64,000 bases of DNA from an uncultured Gammaproteobacteria bacterium (GTDB lineage: Bacteria > Patescibacteriota > Patescibacteriia > GWA2-47-26): NCBI GenBank assembly GCA_964532925.1, contig CAZHIP010000001.1, forward strand, positions 126,621 to 190,620, given 5' to 3'. Under the pieces are notes generated by a model. The model made no database searches. It saw only the letters and a list, made by a program, of their open reading frames with translations, and was not told where the DNA came from. Shown in pieces: positions 56,776-64,000 of the stretch; positions within the stretch are counted from its first letter, which is position 1; each line of letters starts with the position of its first letter. The translations under genes were made by a program, and so were the position numbers.

Positions 56776-58845
56776 ATGGCAGATGAGAAAAAAGGCTATA
56801 GCGCTGATAATATCCAAGTTTTGGAAGGTCTTGATCCTGTTCGCAAGCGACCGGGCATGTATATTGGGGGCACCGGCGTAGATGGTCTTCATCACTTGAT
56901 TTGGGAAGTTGTCGACAATTCGATCGACGAAGCAATGGCCGGACACTGCACTGAGATTACGGTAACACTGGCGCCAGGTAATATCGTGTCTGTTTCTGAT
57001 AATGGTCGTGGTATTCCGGTTGATATTCATAAGCAATTTAAAGTCTCTGCACTCGAACTCGTGCTTACCAAGCTTCATGCTGGCGGCAAGTTTGGCGGCG
57101 GTGGTTATAAGGTGTCTGGTGGTTTGCATGGCGTGGGTGTGTCGGTAGTGAACGCCTTGTCAGAGTATCTGTTGGCCGAAGTGAAACGTGACGGCAAGTT
57201 GTGGCAACAAGAATATAAACGCGGTATTCCTCAAGGTAAGGTGAAGGCGGTGGGGAATGCTCGTGGCACTGGAACAACTATTACGTTTCAGGCAGATGGC
57301 ACCATATTCCAGGAAACAGCGTATAACTGGAATGTCATCGCCGACCGTTTGCGTCAACAGAGCTATCTGACGCGCGGGATCAAGTTGACCTTAAAAGATG
57401 AACGCAAAGAAAAAGACGAAGGTAAAAAAGGCCCCGAAGAGTATTCTTTCTACTTTGAAGGCGGTGTGGCTTCATATGTACGCTACCTCAACCACTCCAA
57501 GGAGAAAAAACAGGAGACGCCGTTTTACGTGAACAAAGTACAAGACGATATTATTGTTGAGGTTGCCATTCAATATACCGAGGACGTCAAAGAAAACTCC
57601 ATTGCATTTGCAAACCACATCTACAATCCTGATGGTGGTACTCACGTAGTTGGGTTCCGCACTGCATTAACGCGTGTGTTGAATGCATATGCTCGCGGCA
57701 AGGGGTTTCTCAAAGAGAAAGATGAAAATCTTTCTGGTGAAGATGTGCGTGAAGGCCTCACCTCCATAGTTTCTGTTAAAATCGGCGAGCCGCAATTTGA
57801 AGGTCAAACAAAAGCAAAGCTTGGTAACCCAGAAGTTCGCGCCGCTGTGGATACAGTACTCGCAGAAGGGTTGGCCATGTTTTTGGAAGAGCATCCAAGA
57901 GAAGGTGAATCGATTATTACAAAATGTTTGTTGTCTGCTCGTGCGCGTGCTGCTGCAAAAGCTGCGCGCGAAACAGTGCTTCGCAAGGGCGCCATGGAGG
58001 GCATGACGCTTCCCGGTAAACTCGCTGATTGTTCAAGTCGCGACCCCAAGCGTTGTGAAATCTATATTGTAGAGGGAGACTCGGCTGGTGGATCTGCGAA
58101 GCAGGGGAGAAACCGCGACTTCCAGGCCATCTTGCCGCTGCGTGGAAAAGTGCTTAACGTGGAGCGCGCACGCCTCGACAAGATTTTGCAAAATAACGAA
58201 TTGCGTAACTTGGTCATTGCACTCGGTACGAACATTGGTGAAATGTTTAACATTGCAGATCTTCGTTACGACCGCATTATTCTCATGACCGATGCTGACG
58301 TGGACGGTGCACACATTCGCACACTACTTCTCACGTTCCTCTTCCGTCACTTCCCGCAACTCATTCACGAAGGTCACATCTACATTGCGCAGCCGCCGCT
58401 TTACCGTATTGCAGTCGGCAAAGAAGTCGCGTATGCCTACTCAGACGAAGACAAGGCACGCATCTTAAAAGAATGGGAAGAAAAGAAAGGCAAAAAGATT
58501 ATTGATGCAAAAACAATAAAAGCAGCAAAGGCTTCGAAAGCGGAAGAAGTTCCTGAAGAAGCAGATGCTGTCGTTGCAGAAGGCGATGAAGGCATGGAAA
58601 CCGAAACCGTACAGATGGGAACACTCCGCGTTGCTATTCAGCGGTACAAAGGTTTGGGTGAAATGAATCCGCAGCAGTTGTGGGAGACGACCATGGATCC
58701 TGAAACGCGCACGCTTCGCCAAGTTACCGTGACAGACGCCGAAGCAGCAGATCAAATATTTGATGTGCTCATGGGTACCGAAGTTGACCAACGTAAGCGT
58801 TTTATTCAGACGCACGCAAAGACAGTAAAAAACTTGGACATTTAA
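56776..58845 (+). CDS. gyrB: DNA gyrase subunit B
   Basis: GHKL ATPase N-box (EVVDNSIDEA), Toprim EGDSAGG and PLRGKVLNVE. Start moved to the Met at 56776. No gyrA in the window. Confidence 0.9.
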   Translation: MADEKKGYSADNIQVLEGLDPVRKRPGMYIGGTGVDGLHHLIWEVVDNSIDEAMAGHCTEITVTLAPGNIVSVSDNGRGIPVDIHKQFKVSALELVLTKLHAGGKFGGGGYKVSGGLHGVGVSVVNALSEYLLAEVKRDGKLWQQEYKRGIPQGKVKAVGNARGTGTTITFQADGTIFQETAYNWNVIADRLRQQSYLTRGIKLTLKDERKEKDEGKKGPEEYSFYFEGGVASYVRYLNHSKEKKQETPFYVNKVQDDIIVEVAIQYTEDVKENSIAFANHIYNPDGGTHVVGFRTALTRVLNAYARGKGFLKEKDENLSGEDVREGLTSIVSVKIGEPQFEGQTKAKLGNPEVRAAVDTVLAEGLAMFLEEHPREGESIITKCLLSARARAAAKAARETVLRKGAMEGMTLPGKLADCSSRDPKRCEIYIVEGDSAGGSAKQGRNRDFQAILPLRGKVLNVERARLDKILQNNELRNLVIALGTNIGEMFNIADLRYDRIILMTDADVDGAHIRTLLLTFLFRHFPQLIHEGHIYIAQPPLYRIAVGKEVAYAYSDEDKARILKEWEEKKGKKIIDAKTIKAAKASKAEEVPEEADAVVAEGDEGMETETVQMGTLRVAIQRYKGLGEMNPQQLWETTMDPETRTLRQVTVTDAEAADQIFDVLMGTEVDQRKRFIQTHAKTVKNLDI

Positions 58846-58851
58846 TAGCAA

Positions 58852-58885
58852 GAACCGCCGGCAAACAGCCGGCGGTTTTGTTTTG
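58852..58885. terminator. intrinsic terminator hairpin
   Basis: ACCGCCGGCaaacaGCCGGCGGTTTTGTTTT. Confidence 0.65.
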
Positions 58886-58923
58886 CGTGATATAATAGAA
58901 ATACTTAAGGCTAATCTTTTTTT

Positions 58924-59247
58924 ATGAAAAAAGGGAGATGGAAATTGGATTTTGAAATCGGCATGGGCCTTGCAGTTGTAATTCTAATTGTGAGCGTGGG
59001 CTTTGCTGCTGCCGCAACAGTGAAAACAAGTAAGACAAAATATCGCGGATCTCTTCCAAAGTCGGCTCCCCGTAAAGTTATTGTTCCAGCCAAAAAAGCA
59101 ACGACAAAAGTTATCCCAAAGGTGGCACCAAAAGATATTCCAAAAGCAGCGACTACGGTCAAAAAAGAACCGGCAACGTCATCGGGGCTGCCAGTGCTCA
59201 CGGCCCCAGCTCCAACTCCCACGTCAGGTAACTCTTCGGATTATTAG
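58924..59247 (+). CDS. hypothetical small membrane protein with Lys/Pro-rich tail
   Basis: 107 aa, one TM helix. Confidence 0.4.
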   Translation: MKKGRWKLDFEIGMGLAVVILIVSVGFAAAATVKTSKTKYRGSLPKSAPRKVIVPAKKATTKVIPKVAPKDIPKAATTVKKEPATSSGLPVLTAPAPTPTSGNSSDY

Positions 59248-59255
59248 TTAAAAAG

Positions 59256-59290
59256 GAAAAGCCACACCGCTCTGTGTGTGGCTTTTTGTG
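59256..59290. terminator. bidirectional intrinsic terminator
   Basis: AAAAGCCACACcgctctGTGTGGCTTTTTG, between convergent genes. Confidence 0.6.
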
Positions 59291-59302
59291 TGCAACGGAT
59301 GA

Positions 59303-59530
59303 TTAATCTGTTGCATCATCTGACTCATGAGCAATAGGTGCGAGTTCGGGAATGATTTGTCCACATAAAGGGCAATAGTTGCCGGCTACTATCGGGACTT
59401 CATCGGTCCCATAGCAGCTGCTGGGGTGGACAGGGGTGGTTACGCTGTGAGGGTTTCGCATGCCGCAATCCGGGCAATAATGAAACAACAGCATGTGTGT
59501 GTGGGTACAAAGGTGCACTTGACCTGCCAT
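59303..59530 (-). CDS. small zinc-ribbon protein
   Basis: 75 aa with two CPxCG knuckles (YCPDCG, YCPLCG). Confidence 0.5.
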   Translation of the reverse strand: MAGQVHLCTHTHMLLFHYCPDCGMRNPHSVTTPVHPSSCYGTDEVPIVAGNYCPLCGQIIPELAPIAHESDDATD

Positions 59531-59613
59531 CGTGTCCCTCCTGAGACATTAAGGTTGGTTTCAGGATACGCTTTGGGTGTTTTTGGGTCAAACAAATGTG
59601 ACGCTCTATATCC

Positions 59614-59643
59614 TTGACTATTGCCGAAGAGTTGTGGTATATT
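59614..59643 (+). promoter_or_regulatory. sigma70-type promoter upstream of secE (TTGACT-18-TATATT)
   Basis: TTGACTattgccgaagagttgtggTATATT. Confidence 0.5.
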
Positions 59644-59652
59644 ATCTTCAGT

Positions 59653-59677
59653 TAAGACCCGACCGGGGTCTTTTTTA
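59653..59677 (+). terminator. promoter-proximal terminator/attenuator hairpin between the secE promoter and the secE start codon
   Basis: AAGACCCgaccgGGGTCTTTTTT, about 10 nt downstream of the -10 element and 22 nt upstream of the secE ATG. Confidence 0.4.
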
Positions 59678-59698
59678 AGAAGGAAACACCTTCAATAT

Positions 59699-59887
59699 AT
59701 GGCAAACAAAATTGTCGAATTCGTGAAAGAATCTAAGTCCGAGCTTAAAAAGGTCGTCTGGCCGTCACGCCGTGAGGCCCTTGTCAACACCTTGTGGGTG
59801 ATCGGGGTGTCTCTTGGTTTTGCTGTCTTTTTTTCGCTGATCGACTTTGGATTGAATAAGGGCATTGAGGGGATCATTGCTCGCTAA
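59699..59887 (+). CDS. secE: preprotein translocase subunit SecE
   Basis: 62 aa, single C-terminal TM helix. Conserved secE-nusG-rplK-rplA order. Start moved to the internal Met MANKIVEF. Confidence 0.85.
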   Translation: MANKIVEFVKESKSELKKVVWPSRREALVNTLWVIGVSLGFAVFFSLIDFGLNKGIEGIIAR

Positions 59888-59891
59888 ATCT

Positions 59892-60437
59892 ATGGCAAAA
59901 CAAATTTTAGACCTTGGTCGCCGTTGGTACGCACTTCATACGTATTCTGGGTATGAAGAAAACGTGCAGCGCAACCTCAAGCAGCGCGTTGCTTCCATGG
60001 ACATGGAGGACAAGATTTTTAATGTACTTATTCCTACCGAAAAGCGCATTAAGATCAAAAATGGTAAGCGTAAAACAGTAGAAGAAAAGATCTTTCCGGG
60101 CTATGTGCTGGTCGAAATGATTGTGACAGATGACTCTTGGTATGTTGTTCGCAACACGCCAAACGTGACTGGGTTCGTTGGTTCTGGTACTACTCCAACT
60201 CCGGTCTCTGAAGACGAAATCAAGACGCTCATGAAGCGCATGGGTGTTGATGATCCAAAGTACACGATCGATGTTACGATTGGCGCACCGGTACAGATTA
60301 CCGATGGTCCGTTCAAGAGCTTTGAGGGCAAAGTGGCCGATGTGGACGATGCCCGCGGCAAAGTGAAGGTCTTGGTCAATATTTTTGGCCGTGAGACCCC
60401 AATTGAACTCGATTTCTTGCAGATTAAGAAGATTTAA
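59892..60437 (+). CDS. nusG: transcription termination/antitermination factor NusG
   Basis: NGN domain (WYALHTYSGYE) and KOW motif. Start moved to MAKQIL. Confidence 0.9.
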   Translation: MAKQILDLGRRWYALHTYSGYEENVQRNLKQRVASMDMEDKIFNVLIPTEKRIKIKNGKRKTVEEKIFPGYVLVEMIVTDDSWYVVRNTPNVTGFVGSGTTPTPVSEDEIKTLMKRMGVDDPKYTIDVTIGAPVQITDGPFKSFEGKVADVDDARGKVKVLVNIFGRETPIELDFLQIKKI

Positions 60438-60527
60438 GGTATGGTGTGGGGTCTGAGTCGGGTGTCTTTTTTAAGACTGCTTCTCCCGAATCTGAACCAA
60501 TCGTTAGTTCATATTCAATAAAACTAT

Positions 60528-60956
60528 ATGGCAGTTAAAAAAATCAAAACAGTCATCAAACTCCAAATTCCGGCTGGGAAAGCAAACCCAGCGCCACCGG
60601 TCGGTCCAGCTCTTGGTCAGCACGGTTTGAACATTGCCGAATTCTGTGCAAAGTTCAACGAAGCTACTCGTCCACTCGGTGATGATATTATTCCCGTAGA
60701 AATTACCGTATACGAAGATCGCACCTACACCTTCAAACTCAAAACTCCGCCAGCGGCAGAGCTTTTGAAAAAGGCTGCGGGTATTGCAAAAGGTTCCAGT
60801 AAACCGTTGCAAGAAAAAGTTGGCAAAGTTTCGAAGGCTCAGGTTCGAGCAATCGCCGAACGAAAAATGCCAGACTTGAATACACAGGATATCAATGCCG
60901 CCATGCGCATTATCGAAGGCACGGCTCGTCAGATGGGTCTTGAGGTTACGGCATAA
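60528..60956 (+). CDS. rplK: 50S ribosomal protein L11
   Basis: [22 protein letters not shown] signature. Confidence 0.9.
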   Translation: MAVKKIKTVIKLQIPAGKANPAPPVGPALGQHGLNIAEFCAKFNEATRPLGDDIIPVEITVYEDRTYTFKLKTPPAAELLKKAAGIAKGSSKPLQEKVGKVSKAQVRAIAERKMPDLNTQDINAAMRIIEGTARQMGLEVTA

Positions 60957-60967
60957 CGCATACATAT

Positions 60968-61651
60968 ATGGCAGATACAAAAAAAGTAAAAGTAGAAATG
61001 CCTGCAGTAGACCCAAAAAAGGTCTATGAAATCGATGAAGCGTTGGATTTGGTTAAGAAGACCTCCAAAGCAAAGTTCGATGCATCTGTTGAGCTTCACA
61101 TAAAGCTTGGCATTGACCCAAAAAAGGGTGAACAGCAAGTTCGCGCTACGGTTTCTTTGCCACATGGTACCGGTAAGGACAAGCGCATTGCCGTATTTGT
61201 AGAGAGCGGTCGTGAAGAAGAAGCTAAGGCCGCAGGCGCGACACTCTATGGTAACGACGAACTCATCAAGCAAATCGCCACAACCGGCGCATGCGATTTC
61301 GATATTGCCGTTGCAACACCAGTCATGATGCCTCAGCTTGCGAAAATCGCGAAAATTCTTGGTCCTCGCGGCTTGATGCCGAACCCGAAGACAGAAACCG
61401 TCACAAACGACATTGCGAAAGCGGTGAAGGAACTGAAGGGTGGTAAAGTCACATTCAAAAACGACGACACCGCCAACATCCACCAAGTGATCGGGAGGGT
61501 CAGCTTCTCCGCCGATCAGCTCAAAGGTAACTTTGAAGCGATTTTGGTAGTACTCAAGAAGTCAAAACCATCCGGTTCTAAGGGGGTCTTTTTGAAGAGC
61601 GCATCGCTGGCCTCGACCATGGGTCCGGGTATCCGCGTGAAGCTTTCCTAA
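60968..61651 (+). CDS. rplA: 50S ribosomal protein L1
   Basis: Conserved L1 blocks (KFDASVELHIKLGIDP, GPRGLMPNPK). Confidence 0.9.
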   Translation: MADTKKVKVEMPAVDPKKVYEIDEALDLVKKTSKAKFDASVELHIKLGIDPKKGEQQVRATVSLPHGTGKDKRIAVFVESGREEEAKAAGATLYGNDELIKQIATTGACDFDIAVATPVMMPQLAKIAKILGPRGLMPNPKTETVTNDIAKAVKELKGGKVTFKNDDTANIHQVIGRVSFSADQLKGNFEAILVVLKKSKPSGSKGVFLKSASLASTMGPGIRVKLS

Positions 61652-61665
61652 GATTTTTTTGAACG

Positions 61666-61696
61666 CAAAACCCTCCGAGCAATCGGAGGGTTTTTG
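61666..61696. terminator. intrinsic terminator hairpin after rplA
   Basis: AACCCTCCGAgcaaTCGGAGGGTTTTTGTT. Confidence 0.65.
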
Positions 61697-61762
61697 TTAT
61701 TGGTGCTTTTGCATAATATTTGATATAAGAAGAGCGAGGAATTTCACCTCAAGGAGGCAACC

Positions 61763-62260
61763 ATGAAGCCACTGGCGTATGTTTCTGGGGCTCTGACTGA
61801 CATGCCCGAGGAGGATCGGGCGAAGTACAAGAGCTTCTATGAAGAAGTTGGTGCCGTATGTGCGGAGCATGGCTACGAGCCGTATTGTCCGCACGTCTAC
61901 AGTGATCCCAAGACGGCCGCGCACTTGTCGCCACAGGAGGTTGATCAGATCGATCGCCAGGCAGTGATGCAGTCGCGTATCGTCGTCGCCTACGTCGGCA
62001 CACCCTCGCTCGGTGTTGGGATCGAACTCGAGATGTGTCATCACGGCAATAAGCCGCTGGTGTTGCTTTTCGAGAAAGATCGCCTCGACGCACGTCGCAT
62101 CTCTCGGCTTGCTCGGGGTAACCCTGCGGTTGTGCACGAGATCGCATTCATCGATTTCGCGGATGCCAAGTATCAGCTTGGTGAGTTTCTCGCCGGGTTT
62201 GCTAAACACCCTAGCTTGGAGTCTCTTCCGAAGCTACTGCGTACGCCGCTTCCGTTCTAG
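61763..62260 (+). CDS. nucleoside 2-deoxyribosyltransferase-like fold protein (DUF4406 / NDT-like)
   Basis: 165 aa. YVSGALTD and GVGIELEM resemble the YxAGP...GTxxExG architecture of the NDT superfamily. Only gene in the window with a perfect AAGGAGG SD 6 nt upstream. Its GC content is noticeably higher than its neighbours. The overlapping minus-strand ORFs are judged shadow frames. Confidence 0.55.
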   Translation: MKPLAYVSGALTDMPEEDRAKYKSFYEEVGAVCAEHGYEPYCPHVYSDPKTAAHLSPQEVDQIDRQAVMQSRIVVAYVGTPSLGVGIELEMCHHGNKPLVLLFEKDRLDARRISRLARGNPAVVHEIAFIDFADAKYQLGEFLAGFAKHPSLESLPKLLRTPLPF

Positions 62261-62283
62261 TGTTCCTGCTCATTCCCGTTTAC

Positions 62284-62325
62284 CCGCTCGATTTTTCCTC
62301 TGGAAAGGTCGGGCGGCTTTTTTTA
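62284..62325. terminator. intrinsic terminator (8-bp stem, T8 tract) after the NDT-like gene
   Basis: CCGCTCGA-17 nt loop-TCGGGCGGCTTTTTTTTA. Confidence 0.45.
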
Positions 62326-62395
62326 TCCACTTGGATGAGTAGAGGGTAGGTGATAGGCTATCTAAAACGTATACTCACTCCACTTATTTTTCTTT

Positions 62396-62932
62396 ATGGC
62401 AGATACTTACGAGCGGCCGGCGTGGGATGATTACTTTATGGCAATCGTGCGGATTGTTGCCACGCGCGGTACCTGTGATCGCCTGCGAGCGGGCGCAGTG
62501 CTCGTGAAAAAGAATCGTATTATTTCAACAGGGTTTAATGGTTCGCCTCCGGGGTTGCCTCACTGCGACGGCGAAGAAGGGCATTTATTAGAAGAAGGGC
62601 ATTGCGTGCGCACGATCCACGGGGAACACAACGCCATTTTGCAGGCAGCAGCTGTTGGTGGTATTAGTACCGATGGCGCAACGATGTACTCAAAGTTCAA
62701 CCCATGTATTCATTGTGCAAAATATGTTATTGCTGCCGGCATCAAGCGTGTTGTGGTAGGAAAGATGTATCGCGGAGAGCAGGCGCTTGAGTATTTGAAG
62801 TCAGCAGGGGTACAGGTGGATATGTATAAAGAAAACCCGCAATGGAATACAATGGTCCAAGGGTTGTTTATGAATGAAATTGAAGAGGTGCAAGCGCGAG
62901 AAGGTGATGTTCGTTTTGGTTCATCTCAATAA
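62396..62932 (+). CDS. dCMP deaminase (cytidine/deoxycytidylate deaminase family, ComEB-like)
   Basis: Zinc motifs HGEHNAI and PCIHCAKYV. Confidence 0.8.
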   Translation: MADTYERPAWDDYFMAIVRIVATRGTCDRLRAGAVLVKKNRIISTGFNGSPPGLPHCDGEEGHLLEEGHCVRTIHGEHNAILQAAAVGGISTDGATMYSKFNPCIHCAKYVIAAGIKRVVVGKMYRGEQALEYLKSAGVQVDMYKENPQWNTMVQGLFMNEIEEVQAREGDVRFGSSQ

Positions 62933-62936
62933 TACT

Positions 62937-63491
62937 ATGCATACCGTTATTTTTGGATTTGTGGGGCCCATGGTAAGCGGCAAAGGAACTGCTGCTCTAT
63001 ATTTAAAAGAGAAGCATGGTGCGGTTGTGTTTCGTTTCTCTACCATCTTACGCGATCTTTTGGATCGTATTTCTGTAGTGCAAAGCCGGGATAATTTAAT
63101 GACGATGTCGGAAGTCGTGCGTAGCAATTTTGGTGAAGATATTTTGGCAAAAGCTATTGCGCGCGATGCCGCCCATGCTAGTGCGCCACTGGTGGTTATT
63201 GATGGCATACGGCGTCCAACAGACATTGGTCACTTAATGCAGTTGCCTGAGTTTGTGTTGATAGAAATTACTGCCGATATGCAGATACGCCATGAGCGTC
63301 TCCTGTTGCGCAAAGAAAACAGCGACGATGCTACAAAAACATTTGAACAATTTGCCGCAGATCATGATCGCGATGCTGAACGTTTGGTTCCAGAAGTCGC
63401 CAAACAGGCACGGGAGCGTATTGATAACAACGGCACACTGGAGGAGTTGTATCGTCAACTAGATACGCTTGTCACAAAGTATGGAGGTTGA
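62937..63491 (+). CDS. P-loop NTPase, putative nucleotide (dNMP/CMP-family) kinase
   Basis: Walker A FVGPMVSGKGT near the N-terminus (GKGT is typical of cytidylate-kinase-like enzymes). The ORF opens at 62874; the plausible Met is at 62937. Genomic context is dNMP metabolism. Confidence 0.5.
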   Translation: MHTVIFGFVGPMVSGKGTAALYLKEKHGAVVFRFSTILRDLLDRISVVQSRDNLMTMSEVVRSNFGEDILAKAIARDAAHASAPLVVIDGIRRPTDIGHLMQLPEFVLIEITADMQIRHERLLLRKENSDDATKTFEQFAADHDRDAERLVPEVAKQARERIDNNGTLEELYRQLDTLVTKYGG

Positions 63492-63912
63492 GATCAAGCG
63501 ATTACGCGAGGACATTGTGTTGCCAGAGTTTAAGACCGCTGGCTCAGTTGGGTTTGATATAGCAGCCGCGGAAACCACAAAGGTTCCGTCCTTGGGAGGC
63601 GCTCGTATTCCTACAGGATTGATTGTTGCAGTGCCAGCGGGCTATATGCTTATGATTGCGGCGCGGTCATCAACGGCGCAAAAACACGGATTACTTCTCG
63701 GAAACGGTATTGGTGTGATTGACCAGGATTATCGTGGTCCCGAGGATGAGATTAAGATTTCCGTGTATAATTTTACTGATCGTGAGGTGATAGTTGAAAA
63801 AGGAGTTGCGGTAGCGCAGGGGATTTTTGTCCGTGTTGATCGGGCAGAGTGGAGTGAGGTTTCTGAAATGAATGCACCAACTCGCGGGGGTTTTGGCTCT
63901 ACGGATAAATAA
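63469..63912 (+). CDS. dut: dUTP diphosphatase (trimeric dUTPase)
   Basis: Motifs AARSS, GVIDQDYRG and RGGFGSTD. An alternative start is at 63481. Confidence 0.85.
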   Translation: MSQSMEVEIKRLREDIVLPEFKTAGSVGFDIAAAETTKVPSLGGARIPTGLIVAVPAGYMLMIAARSSTAQKHGLLLGNGIGVIDQDYRGPEDEIKISVYNFTDREVIVEKGVAVAQGIFVRVDRAEWSEVSEMNAPTRGGFGSTDK

Positions 63913-63918
63913 ACACAC

Positions 63919-64000
63919 ATGAAAGCCTATCATAATATTGTTCAACACATTCTAGAAAATGGCGTGCAGAAAAATAATCGCACCGGCGTTGATGCGCTGA
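63919..64000 (+). CDS. thyA: thymidylate synthase ThyA-like, N-terminal fragment (runs off window)
   Basis: MKAYHNIVQHILENGVQKNNRTGVDAL matches the ThyA N-terminus (M.QYL.L...L..G..K.DRTGTGT). Only 27 aa are visible. Confidence 0.55.
   Translation, partial: MKAYHNIVQHILENGVQKNNRTGVDAL

Noticed and set aside
61697-62209. Minus-strand ORFs of 170 and 132 aa opposite the NDT-like gene
   Set aside because: High local GC generates antisense open frames. The plus-strand frame has a perfect SD, a start 6 nt downstream and recognisable NDT-like motifs.

Overview
This 64-kb window is gene-dense (roughly 90% coding) and about 48-50% GC by eye. It is dominated by core housekeeping genes: pheS-pheT, dnaE, thrS, secA, glyA-folD, serS, lysS, greA, gap, tsf-rpsB, rpmE-prfA-prmC, gyrB, secE-nusG-rplK-rplA and dut-thyA. 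There are three clear tRNA genes (two tRNA-Ser, one tRNA-Arg), several near-consensus sigma70 promoters and many hairpin/T-tract terminators. Most genes have no Shine-Dalgarno (SD) sequence and several promoters sit 4-15 nt from the start codon. The small proteins, gene content and a 1688-aa repeat-rich surface protein suggest a reduced-genome, possibly CPR/Patescibacteria-like, bacterium; this is inference only. Accessory content worth a second look includes a VirB4-family ATPase operon ending in comFC, an ECF sigma / anti-sigma / secreted-repeat module, and a pilin-like plus metallopeptidase fusion protein coupled to a DsbA gene. There is also a roughly 190-nt candidate structured RNA in a 500-bp gap upstream of glyA, a structured rpsB leader, and a GC-rich gene with a strong SD sequence heading a dCMP deaminase / kinase / dut / thyA cluster. 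No CRISPR array, transposase, integrase or recognisable defence system was found. Coordinates I derived by hand for non-ORF features may be off by 1-2 nt.
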